DNA of 40,000 nucleotides from Geofilum sp. OHC36d9 (lineage in GTDB: Bacteria; Bacteroidota; Bacteroidia; Bacteroidales; Marinilabiliaceae), in NCBI GenBank assembly GCA_052400685.1, contig JBQTGJ010000020.1; one strand, given 5' to 3'. The notes under the pieces were generated by a model. It did not search any database, was not told the origin of the DNA, and saw only the letters and a program-made list of their open reading frames with translations. A program made the translations under genes and the position numbers. Below are positions 1 to 8,216 of the stretch, piece by piece (position 1 is the stretch's first letter; each line of letters begins with the position of its first letter).

Positions 1-768
1 ATGTTTAAAATTGAGGTCTTTGGCAATTGCGAGATAATAATTAAAACAGAAAATAATAAGAACAGCGGTGAGCAAGACAATGGCCAATGCAATAAATTGG
101 TTATCGAGAAGAAGAAATGGCAATATCAATAACGTCACGGTAATAAGGTACGAAATACCTGTGTAGATAGCCGATTTCCCCGCGGTTTCATCCCCCTCTG
201 CTTTGGATGACAAAAATTCGGAAGCTGCCATAGATAGAGCCGCCGAAATACCGGTAACCAACCCAACCAAAGAAATAATCCGTGAATCGGCCAAAGCCAG
301 GGTGAAACCGGCCAGAGCACCAGTCAGCTCAACCAGGGCATCGTTAAGACCCAACACAATGGACCCCACATATTGCAAATGGCTTTCTTCCAGCATATTC
401 AAAACCGACTTTTCATGTTCGGCTTCCTCCTTGGCCAGCTGTTCTGCTTCGGGGTAATACTGCGACAGAATCTGATAATTGCCGGAACCTGTACCCTCTT
501 TTTTCTCCATTAACTTTAACACAAAAGTTAACCCTAAAACACGAACCAAAAAAAGCGTGCGGAAGATACGCCATTTGTCGGGTTGAAGCTTAACGCCGGT
601 TTTAGTTTCCCAAAAACGGGCATGCCCCAGTTCCTGGTCTCCAATACGATTCAAAACAGACTTATTAGTCTCATTTTTACTTCGTTTAGCCAGCGCCTTG
701 TAAATATGATATTCAGTGATCTCAGTCTTCTGTGACTTAAGAGCATATTTTATAGCTTTCGGATCCAT
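1..768 (-). CDS. VIT1/CCC1-family Fe/Mn transporter with N-terminal ferritin-like domain; 3' end cut by window edge
   Basis: Not in the ORF track because no stop lies inside the window. Reverse-strand ATG at 766-768, frame open to nt 1. Translation: MDPKAIKYALKSQKTEITEYHIYKALAKRSKNETNKSVLNRIGDQELGHARFWE..., then GSIVLGLNDALVELTGALAGF...SMAASEFLSSKAEGD, a pattern typical of VIT1 membrane domains. Confidence 0.7.
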   Translation of the reverse strand, partial: MDPKAIKYALKSQKTEITEYHIYKALAKRSKNETNKSVLNRIGDQELGHARFWETKTGVKLQPDKWRIFRTLFLVRVLGLTFVLKLMEKKEGTGSGNYQILSQYYPEAEQLAKEEAEHEKSVLNMLEESHLQYVGSIVLGLNDALVELTGALAGFTLALADSRIISLVGLVTGISAALSMAASEFLSSKAEGDETAGKSAIYTGISYLITVTLLILPFLLLDNQFIALAIVLLTAVLIIFCFNYYLAIAKDLNFKH

Positions 769-874
769 AAAGAATAATTTAAATGAGTAAATATAAAGGT
801 TAAAATTACAGTTAATTTTAAGACGTTGTAACTCCAGACACCAGAATTTGTAAAGGAAACTATCAAATAGTATT

Positions 875-1178
875 TGTCTATAAAGTCAACAACTTCGTTA
901 TGCTTGTACTATAAACTGTCATTTACGAAAAGGAAACGCCTTGATTTTTATGCCTTCGCAAGCCTTGTATTTGAAGTTTATATTTCAAACACTTAGGTTT
1001 ATGGACATGCGCTAAATATTTGACCTGCCTTTTCAAGGCGAAATTTATTATTCAATATGGGCTCCCAAGGCGTTGCCGTTGGGCTGAAGTAATTTGCACT
1101 TTCAGTGCGGAAAGCCACAAAAAGCATAATTTTACGGATGTAGAAAGTGATTGTCTAAAAACTCTTGGGCAAAAAAAA
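875..1178 (+). repeat. Mosaic intergenic repeat, modules M1+M2 (copy 1)
   Basis: Aligns by eye with 29128-29392, 15668-15895 and 37936-38210. Contains short hairpins with TTC/GTT loops: GCCTTTTCAAGGC, GGCGTTGCC, GCACTTTCAGTGC. Ends with ...ACGGATGTAGAAAGTGATT. Confidence 0.65.
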
Positions 1179-1325
1179 TAACATTATTATAGACAAACAC
1201 ATTAGCCCTAAGGGAGAAAGTCAAACAGCTATACAAGCTATTTCAAGGCTATTTATGACATATGGGATTAGAATAAAATCATCGGGTAAACAGGCAAATA
1301 AAAAATCTGCTTGTCGGAATATTAT

Positions 1326-1595
1326 ATCGATTGCGAGGTAAAATATGGTTGCATTTATCTTTTGGCTGGTGCCCTTTCAGGGCGATAAAACAACGGATAA
1401 TCACACCACAGGACGAGGTCCTGTGCTAATGACTACAAGGCTTTCAGCCTTGATTTGTGCTTGTCTATAAAGTCTACGACTGCGTTATACTTGTACTTAA
1501 AATAGGTATTTACAAGTGTATGCTCACATTTTTCGGACGGAGGGAGCCGTAAATTTGAAAGTTTACAACTCAAACACCTGACTTTATGGACAGGT
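1326..1595 (+). repeat. Mosaic intergenic repeat, modules X+M1 (copy 2)
   Basis: 1364-1455 closely matches 28888-28978 (GGCTGGTGCCCTTTCAGGGCGATAAAACAACGG...AAGGCTTTCAGCCTTGAT). It has three hairpins: GCCCTTTCAGGGC, CACAGGACGAGGTCCTGTG and AAGGCTTTCAGCCTT. Next comes an M1 module (TGTCTATAAAGTCTACGACTGCGTTATACTTGT...TTTATGGACAGG). Confidence 0.65.
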
Positions 1596-1690
1596 ACGAC
1601 ATCATCCACAAAATAAATATCCCGATTCATTGCGAAGCTATCATCTTTTATATAAATTACAATCATCTCAAAGATTACATTATAATCAAT

Positions 1691-2863
1691 ATGACAACTA
1701 ACACGGACTTAGAACCAGACAACCGACAGATTGTCCACATGGATATGGACACTTTTTTCGTATCGGTAGAACGCCTTCAGAACAGCCGTCTGAACCACCG
1801 GCCCATCATCATAGGGGGCCTGTCTGATCGCGGTGTTGTAGCCGGATGCAGCTACGAAGCGCGCTCGTTTGGCGTTCACTCGGCCATGCCCATGCGTCTG
1901 GCACGACAGCTGTGTCCGGAAGCCGTTTTTATACGTGGCGACATGGATAGCTACAGCCGTTACTCAAACATGATAACCGACATCATCGCCGAAAAGGTGC
2001 CTGTATACGAAAAAGCATCTATTGATGAACATTACATTGACCTTACCGGGATGGATCGTTTTTTCGGCACGCTAAAATTCAGCCATGAATTACGGCAAAC
2101 CATCATTCGCGAAACAGGGCTCCCCATCTCCTTTGGTTTGTCAGTGAACAAAACGGTGTCAAAAATAGCCACCGGAGAAGCCAAGAGCGGCACCTCCCGT
2201 GAACTGTTTGTGGCGCGCCACCAGGTACAACCCTTCCTCAACCCCCTATCCATCAAAAAAATCCCCATGCTGGGACCAAAAACCTTCAGGCTGCTACGTT
2301 CCATGGGCATCGAAAATATACAAACACTCGGGCAGGTTCCCCCCGATATGATGGAACGGGTACTGGGCAAAAACGGCATTGACTTATGGCAAAAAGCCCA
2401 TGGCGTTGATCCCTCACCCGTGGAACGCTACTATGAGCGAAAATCTATCGGCTCAGAAGAAACCTTCGAAAAAGATACCACCGACCTTCGTTTTTTAAAC
2501 GAATGGCTGGTTCGCATCACCGAGAAACTGGCCTTTGAGCTACGCGCTTCCAACAAACTAACAGCCTGTATCACGGTAAAAATAAGATATGCCGACTTTA
2601 ACACGCACACCATTCAAAAACGCATTCCCTACACCTCCTTCGATCACATACTCATACGTGAAGCCAAGGAACTGTTGCTCCGCCTTTATACCCGGCGTGT
2701 GCTGGTGCGCCTCATCGGCGTCCGGCTCAGCCATTTAGTGTCGGGAACGCAACAGCTCAACCTGTTTGAAGACACTCCTGAGCAGGTACATCTCTATCAA
2801 GCCATGGACCGGATACGTAAAAAATTTGGCGTTGATGCTGTGGGACGGGCAGCAGGACGCTAA
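1691..2863 (+). CDS. dinB: DNA polymerase IV (Y-family translesion polymerase)
   Basis: IVHMDMDTFFVSVERL..., GVVAGCSYEARSFGVHSAMP, SIDEHYIDLTG and a C-terminal little-finger region. The ORF-track start at 1586 lies inside the repeat, so the ATG at 1691 (MTTNTDLEPDNRQIVHMDMD) is preferred. Confidence 0.9.
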   Translation: MTTNTDLEPDNRQIVHMDMDTFFVSVERLQNSRLNHRPIIIGGLSDRGVVAGCSYEARSFGVHSAMPMRLARQLCPEAVFIRGDMDSYSRYSNMITDIIAEKVPVYEKASIDEHYIDLTGMDRFFGTLKFSHELRQTIIRETGLPISFGLSVNKTVSKIATGEAKSGTSRELFVARHQVQPFLNPLSIKKIPMLGPKTFRLLRSMGIENIQTLGQVPPDMMERVLGKNGIDLWQKAHGVDPSPVERYYERKSIGSEETFEKDTTDLRFLNEWLVRITEKLAFELRASNKLTACITVKIRYADFNTHTIQKRIPYTSFDHILIREAKELLLRLYTRRVLVRLIGVRLSHLVSGTQQLNLFEDTPEQVHLYQAMDRIRKKFGVDAVGRAAGR

Positions 2864-2865
2864 AG

Positions 2866-2935
2866 TTTGAGCTATAAAGTCCAACTCCGTCGTTATGCTG
2901 GCTCTCTAAACGGTCATTTACATTTGCTCATGGAT
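2866..2935 (+). repeat. Partial M1 module of the mosaic repeat
   Basis: GAGCTATAAAGTCCAACTCCGTCGTTATGCTGG...GGTCATTTAC...CTCATGGATG parallels TGTCTATAAAGTCAAC..CGTTATGCTTGT...GTCATTTACG...ATGGACAGG of the other copies. Confidence 0.4.
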
Positions 2936-2954
2936 GAACAAACCGTTATATTTG
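2919..2954 (+). promoter_or_regulatory. Candidate Bacteroidota-type promoter of the nikR operon (-33 TTTG, -7 TAnnTTTG)
   Basis: TATATTTG at 2947-2954 fits TAnnTTTG. A TTTG at 2923-2926 lies about 20 nt upstream. The ATG is at 2991. Confidence 0.3.
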
Positions 2955-2957
2955 CTC

Positions 2958-2972
2958 ATTCGTGTTACGAAT
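2958..2972 (+). promoter_or_regulatory. Palindrome ATTCGTGTTACGAAT just downstream of the -7 box; possible operator (contains GTGTTAC)
   Basis: 5-bp arms ATTCG/CGAAT around TGTTA. GTGTTAC (2962-2968) equals one half-site of the GTGTTAC-N13/14-GTAACAC NikR box as I recall it from comparative genomics, but no matching second half-site is present. Confidence 0.2.
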
Positions 2973-2990
2973 TTACAAAAACGTATTATT

Positions 2991-3413
2991 ATGAGCGTTG
3001 TTCGATTTGGGGTTTCACTTGAACAGGAACTGCTTGAAGCGCTGGATGACTTTGTTGTTAAGAACAAATTCACCAACCGCTCACAGGCCATTCGTCAGCT
3101 GATAGCCGACCATACTGCACGCACCAAATGGATGTGTAACAACCAGGTGGCAGGTTCCATCACTCTCATTTACAACTTTCACAAACGAAATATAACGGAA
3201 CAGATATTTCAAATACAGCATGCCAACCAGTCCTTGATTTTGGGGTCTCAGCATTTTAATCTCGGTAATGATAATTGCATGCAAATGATAGCTATAAAAG
3301 GCGAAGCCTGCCAACTCACCAATCTGTCCGATCAACTCATTGCGATAAAAGGCATTCATCACGGCAAGCTCACCATGAGTCGCACCGAACAAATACACAA
3401 CTCAGAAAAATAA
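2991..3413 (+). CDS. nikR: Nickel-responsive regulator NikR (ribbon-helix-helix plus C-terminal metal-binding ACT-like domain)
   Basis: MSVVRFGVSLEQELLEALDDFVVKNKFTNRSQAIRQLI (CopG/RHH), then H- and C-containing ...QHANQSLILGSQHFNLGNDNCMQMIAIKG...IKGIHHGKL. Start moved to the ATG at 2991. Confidence 0.8.
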   Translation: MSVVRFGVSLEQELLEALDDFVVKNKFTNRSQAIRQLIADHTARTKWMCNNQVAGSITLIYNFHKRNITEQIFQIQHANQSLILGSQHFNLGNDNCMQMIAIKGEACQLTNLSDQLIAIKGIHHGKLTMSRTEQIHNSEK

Positions 3414-4540
3414 TGACAGCTATCCACCCAATAGCAATGAAGCTACGTCAACGCACTTCCTTAACAGGTTTCATAAAAAGTATCGGAATCATCTTCTTTA
3501 TGCTGTTGTTGAGTTGTAAAACCGGTTCCCCCTCCCCGTCCACCCAAAACATCACCATTGACGATCTGCTTGGGCGGACGGTTTCGGTTCCGCAAAACAT
3601 AAAAAGAATAGTGGGGCTAAATCCCGGGGCACTGCGTTTATTAGTTTATATGAATGCCGTTTCGCTGGTGTCGGGCGTTGAAGATGTAGAACAACGCTAC
3701 GGTCGTCCCTACGCCATGGCGTATCCACAGCTGGCCGAAAAACCGGTCATAGGCCCCATGAAGGGCGGCGATGCCGAACTGTTGACGGTCAATCATCCGG
3801 ATGTCATTTTCATCACTTACGCCACAGCAGGTCAAGCCGATGCGTTACAGCAAAAGACAGGCATCCCCGTCATCGTACTCAATCCAGGCAATTTATCGAC
3901 GCAACGCCCCCTTTTCGATCAGTCATTGCGCCTTATCGGACAAGTACTTGACCGCACAACGCGAGCCAATTCACTTATCCGTTTTATAGACAGACAAACC
4001 AAAAGGCTAAAAAAGCTGGGAGCAACAGCCCCCTGTCAGCCCGCAGTTTATCTTGGAGGCGCCTCCTACAGCGGGGCGCGCGGTATCACCTCCACGGTTC
4101 CACAATTCGAAGCATTCTCATTTCTCAACGCCCACAATGTGGCCAACGGCATAGCATTACCGCCGGCTTCGGGCAGCATACGGGGATACACCATCGATGC
4201 AGAACAACTTATCAACTGGAACCCCGACCATCTGTTTATCGATGCCGCCGGATTAGCCCTCGTAGCCCCGCAAATAGCCCCCGGCACGCCACTTCATGAC
4301 ACCCTTGATGCCATTCAAAACAATAATGTACATACCCTCATGCCCTATAATTGGTACGGCACCAACTACGAATCGGTGTTAGCCAACGGCTGGTTTGTGG
4401 CGTCGGTGCTATATCCCGGTATGAATATCGATTTTGAGGCCGAAAGCCGTGCTGTTTACAAGCAGTTTTTAGGCGTTGATATTTTTGATAAGATGACAGC
4501 AACGTACCAGGGCTGGCTAAAACATGCGTTTCATGATTGA
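3413..4540 (+). CDS. ABC transporter substrate-binding lipoprotein, metal-chelate (FecB/BtuF, Peripla_BP_2) type
   Basis: The ATG overlaps the nikR stop (TAATG). Signal/lipobox ...FFMLLLSCKTG. RIVGLNPGALRLLVYMNAVSLVSGVE is typical of siderophore/cobalamin-type binding proteins. Confidence 0.75.
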   Translation: MTAIHPIAMKLRQRTSLTGFIKSIGIIFFMLLLSCKTGSPSPSTQNITIDDLLGRTVSVPQNIKRIVGLNPGALRLLVYMNAVSLVSGVEDVEQRYGRPYAMAYPQLAEKPVIGPMKGGDAELLTVNHPDVIFITYATAGQADALQQKTGIPVIVLNPGNLSTQRPLFDQSLRLIGQVLDRTTRANSLIRFIDRQTKRLKKLGATAPCQPAVYLGGASYSGARGITSTVPQFEAFSFLNAHNVANGIALPPASGSIRGYTIDAEQLINWNPDHLFIDAAGLALVAPQIAPGTPLHDTLDAIQNNNVHTLMPYNWYGTNYESVLANGWFVASVLYPGMNIDFEAESRAVYKQFLGVDIFDKMTATYQGWLKHAFHD

Positions 4541-5576
4541 ACAACAACTAACACAACAGCGCCTCAAACGCAACCTGCTACTAACAGGCTCATTAATCGT
4601 TCTGCTACTGCTAACACTTGTTGGTTTATCGGTTGGCAGCTCCAACCTGCCCATGGGCGAAATCCCGGCTATGCTTTTAGGTCATACCAATCATACCGCC
4701 GCACAGGTATTGTTTCATATCCGTATACCACGGGTATTAGCCGCCATCCTGTCGGGCGTTGCGTTGGCCATCTCCGGCTCCGTTATTCAAACCGTTATAC
4801 GTAACCCCCTGGGCTCGCCCTACACATTGGGTTTAAGTGCCGCCTCGATGTTTGGCGCGGCCCTGGTCATTGTTGTATCCGGTTATTTGATGCCCCTGTC
4901 AGGCACCAGTCCATATCTCATCACCATCTCAGCCTTTCTCATGGGTTTGCTGTGCGCTTTATTTATTACCGCCCTGGCACGCTGGCGGGGGGCATCGCCC
5001 GAAACACTTATCATAGCAGGTATTATCCTGTCATCGTTATTTAATTCGGGCACTTCGTTGCTTCAATACTTTTCCAATGACACCGAACTGACCGCCATCG
5101 TTTCATGGATGTTTGGGGATCTGGGAAAAGCCGATGGCAATAATGTCAAACTGTTACTGATAGTGGTGATACCATCAATGGTCTATTTTATCTACAATGG
5201 TTTTTCACTCGCCGCCCTCAATGCCGGCGATGAAGTGGCGCAAAGCCTGGGGGTTAAAGTTAACCGGTTACGTATTATCAACATCCTGGTGGCCTCGCTT
5301 TGCACTGCGGTTACGGTGGCTTTTTTCGGCATCATCGCGTTTGTAGGACTCATCATACCCCATATAACGAGGCGTCTGATAGGTTCCAACGAGCCGACCG
5401 TCATTATCGGCTCAGCCATCCTTGGGGCGATATTTCTGTTACTAAGCGATATTATAGCCCGCACCGTAGCGGCACCCATTGTTATACCAGTGGGCATTAT
5501 CACTTCATTTGTCGGCGCCCCATTCTTTCTGTATCTGCTCATCATCCACATCAACCATAAAAGGAACAAACAATGA
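4524..5576 (+). CDS. ABC transporter permease, FecCD/BtuC family
   Basis: About 9-10 hydrophobic segments. RIPRVLAAILSGVALAISGSVIQTVIRNPLGSPYTLGLSAAS is the FecCD signature region. Overlaps the upstream gene. Confidence 0.85.
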   Translation: MRFMIEQQLTQQRLKRNLLLTGSLIVLLLLTLVGLSVGSSNLPMGEIPAMLLGHTNHTAAQVLFHIRIPRVLAAILSGVALAISGSVIQTVIRNPLGSPYTLGLSAASMFGAALVIVVSGYLMPLSGTSPYLITISAFLMGLLCALFITALARWRGASPETLIIAGIILSSLFNSGTSLLQYFSNDTELTAIVSWMFGDLGKADGNNVKLLLIVVIPSMVYFIYNGFSLAALNAGDEVAQSLGVKVNRLRIINILVASLCTAVTVAFFGIIAFVGLIIPHITRRLIGSNEPTVIIGSAILGAIFLLLSDIIARTVAAPIVIPVGIITSFVGAPFFLYLLIIHINHKRNKQ

Positions 5577-6352
5577 CGTCGTCCGACCTGCTATTTAAGG
5601 ATCTGAGCTTTTCGTACCGCCAGAAGCACGTGCTAAAAAATATCTCCGGACAATTTTTATCCGGCGGTTTTTACGCCCTCATAGGTCCCAATGGAAGCGG
5701 TAAAAGCACCCTGCTAAAGACGCTTAACGGAATTTTAGCACCTCAGTCGGGTCACATCTTCATTAATGATAAAGAACTGACTGACATACCCCTCAGGGAA
5801 ATGGCACGGACCATAAGCTATGTGGCTCAATCGTCACAATCAATCTATCCGGGAACGGTTTACGACACGGTGATGCTGGGACGCCGGCCGCATGTAAGCT
5901 GGCATCCCTCAGCCGCCGACCGCGATGTGGTATTTCAAACAATGAGACAGCTTAAAATAGATCATCTGGCATTCAGGAATATCAATGAGTTGAGTGGCGG
6001 AGAGCAACAACGGGTTCAAATAGCACGTTCGTTAGCCCAGCAGCCACGCATCATGCTTCTTGATGAACCCACGTCGAGCCTCGACCTTAAACATCAGATA
6101 GAGGTCATGGAAACACTCTCTGACATCTCAAAAAGTAACATCACCATTATTGTGGCCATTCACGATTTGAACCTGGCACTCAGATATGCCAACCAGTTCA
6201 TTCTCCTGAAAAACGGTCATATTATCAGGCAAGGCGGCAAAAATATTATGACGCGCGAAAACCTTCAAAAACTATACGACACAGACGTCACCATGGTCCA
6301 ACACAACGGACAATCTTATGTATTACCATTAACAAGCAACTATGAAAATTGA
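5573..6352 (+). CDS. ABC transporter ATP-binding protein (FepC/BtuD-like)
   Basis: Walker A GPNGSGKST, signature LSGGEQQRVQIARSL, Walker B IMLLDEPTSSLD. ATGA overlap with the permease. Confidence 0.9.
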   Translation: MTSSDLLFKDLSFSYRQKHVLKNISGQFLSGGFYALIGPNGSGKSTLLKTLNGILAPQSGHIFINDKELTDIPLREMARTISYVAQSSQSIYPGTVYDTVMLGRRPHVSWHPSAADRDVVFQTMRQLKIDHLAFRNINELSGGEQQRVQIARSLAQQPRIMLLDEPTSSLDLKHQIEVMETLSDISKSNITIIVAIHDLNLALRYANQFILLKNGHIIRQGGKNIMTRENLQKLYDTDVTMVQHNGQSYVLPLTSNYEN

Positions 6353-7442
6353 ATTCACACCCATCGGCATTGTTAAAAATGAAATAACACAACCCAGGGA
6401 AGGCTTCACCAGGAAGCATCTGACCAGCGAAATAGAAGTATATCCGTCATTTGCCGAAGGGCTGTTGCGGTTAGAGGAACACACGGCTATCGACATCCTG
6501 TTTCATTTCAGCCAATCGAAAGGATACAAACTGGTAACCCCGATTTACACGGGAGAAATAAAAGGGGTATTCGCCTCCCGCAGTCCCCACCGGCCCAATG
6601 GCATTGGTGTGACCACCGTCAAACTGATGGCCATCAACAACAACCGACTCACCGTTTCGGGGCTGGATGCCATGAATGGCACGCCTGTTTTGGATATTAA
6701 ACCCAGCGATAACACTTTTTTTGAGACGAACACGCAAAGTGCCGGAATCACGCAACAACGTCTTAAAAGCAATCCCCGGTCGATACTCATCAGACACATC
6801 AAAAGCGAAGATACAGAACAACTGCTGATGGATGCGGCCCGGATGCATGGCCATTTTTGTCCGGGGTTGGCAATGGGTGTGATGGCCGCCACCCGTGCGG
6901 TCAACGAACTAAACAACAGTTCCGACGGTCTGGAAGATGTGCTGGCCATTACTGAAACCAACAGCTGCTTTGCCGACGGCATTCAATATGTAACAGGCTG
7001 CACATTTGGTAACAATGCTCTTATATACCGCGATTTAGGCAAAACAGCTTTCACCCTGGCTTCACGAAATGGTAAAGGCATTCGCATCAGCGTAAAAAAT
7101 GATTTCAGACAAGTGCTTGAAAAAGTTAATCCCGACTACCAGAGGTTGTTTGAGGCCGTCATTGTTAAACAAAATCACGATGAAAAACTGAAGCAGCAAT
7201 TTAAAGAAGCGTCCAGACAACGGTCGTTCAGCACGCTTGAGTTACCGTTTGACGACCTGTTTAAAATAGAACATAAAACGGTGGAAATACCACCCCTTGC
7301 CCCCATTCACGAAAGCGTGACCTGCCAAAAATGTGGCGAGAGCGTGATCAGCACCAGAAGCGTAACAATAGAAGGCCAAACATTATGCCTGGACTGCGCC
7401 CACCAAAAAACGGGGACTCTCAGCGGGCACGGGATTGGTTGA
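6342..7442 (+). CDS. Fusion protein: TrmO/TsaA-like (YaeB) N-domain plus FmdE-family C-domain with terminal Cys pairs
   Basis: N-terminal part: IGIVKNE...GVFASRSPHRPNGIGVTTVKL...LDAMNGTPVLDIKP (TsaA/TrmO beta-barrel). C-terminal part: HGHFCPGLAMGVMA (FmdE) and CQKCGE...CLDCA zinc-ribbon-like end. Confidence 0.7.
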   Translation: MKIEFTPIGIVKNEITQPREGFTRKHLTSEIEVYPSFAEGLLRLEEHTAIDILFHFSQSKGYKLVTPIYTGEIKGVFASRSPHRPNGIGVTTVKLMAINNNRLTVSGLDAMNGTPVLDIKPSDNTFFETNTQSAGITQQRLKSNPRSILIRHIKSEDTEQLLMDAARMHGHFCPGLAMGVMAATRAVNELNNSSDGLEDVLAITETNSCFADGIQYVTGCTFGNNALIYRDLGKTAFTLASRNGKGIRISVKNDFRQVLEKVNPDYQRLFEAVIVKQNHDEKLKQQFKEASRQRSFSTLELPFDDLFKIEHKTVEIPPLAPIHESVTCQKCGESVISTRSVTIEGQTLCLDCAHQKTGTLSGHGIG

Positions 7443-7603
7443 TAAATTGGGGCTTTATTGTTGAATCCACTCCGATAACCTATTCTGGCGTATTATTAAC
7501 TAAAATAATAACTGAATATCAGCACCTTAAAAAATTAAAATTCAACAGAATGGACTTCTCGGAGTGGACCCATAATTAAGAATTCCGACTCTATGGACAG
7601 GCA

Positions 7604-7804
7604 CTATTTAGATTTAAGTGAGTTATTCCACACAACGGTTGAGGGTAACAAACGTTTGGGAATGCGGCCTACTTTCCTAACCCCACGAGCACCAATAATC
7701 CCAACCATTCGGCTATCCCATGAGACATTTTCGTATAAATAACGTTTAAAATCTGTTGTCGTATTATGTAAAAGCGTCTCAAATTTCTGATATAGTGTTC
7801 TCAT
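7604..7804 (-). pseudogene. N-terminal fragment of an AAA-family ATPase (AAA_14/DUF4143-type)
   Basis: MRTLYQKFETLLHNTTTDFKRYLYENVSWDSRMVGIIGARGV... stops matching where the P-loop GKT should follow. The ORF ends at a fragment of the mosaic-repeat junction motif (7593-7601). Confidence 0.4.
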
Positions 7805-8216
7805 AATTTAGGTATACTATTTTTCACAAAAGGACAAAATGCACAACAAAATCAACAATTTATTTATTTAATGTTCAATCTGATATGCAATCCGCTTCTT
7901 TTCACTTGGCGGTAACGCCCCCATAACGCCAAAATCGTTTAAACCACTAAAAAAATATTGTATTTATCTTGTCTTTTGCCGGTAATTTCCGGAAAAACAA
8001 ACCCTGAATTTACTAATTCGCTGCTATTTACCAACTAAGTTGAACAAAAACAGCCCCCATACTAAGATGAGAGCCATGGTGTATTGAGAACAAATCTTCA
8101 AAAATAAACCTTCTCCGCTTGGGGAGAAGACTTAGTCCTTAGGGAAGAATCATACTGCCATCGGGGAGGATCGTGCGCCCCGAGTGTCACCAAGAGGTCG
8201 CCGTTGCACATTTTTG

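Noticed and set aside
2032-6982. Antisense ORFs inside dinB and the ABC operon (for example 2032-2379, 5192-5569, 6471-6854, 6545-6982)
   Set aside because: They lie entirely within well-supported genes on the other strand and have low-complexity or odd composition. These are typical shadow ORFs. The same applies to plus-strand ORFs inside the big operon, such as 22390-22677 and 25766-26074.
7466-7568. 9-bp inverted repeat TCCACTCCG / CGGAGTGGA separated by about 85 nt after the TrmO-FmdE gene (terminator or MITE ends?)
   Set aside because: The loop is too long for an intrinsic terminator, there is no T-tract or target duplication, and the arrangement occurs once in the window. The evidence is insufficient.
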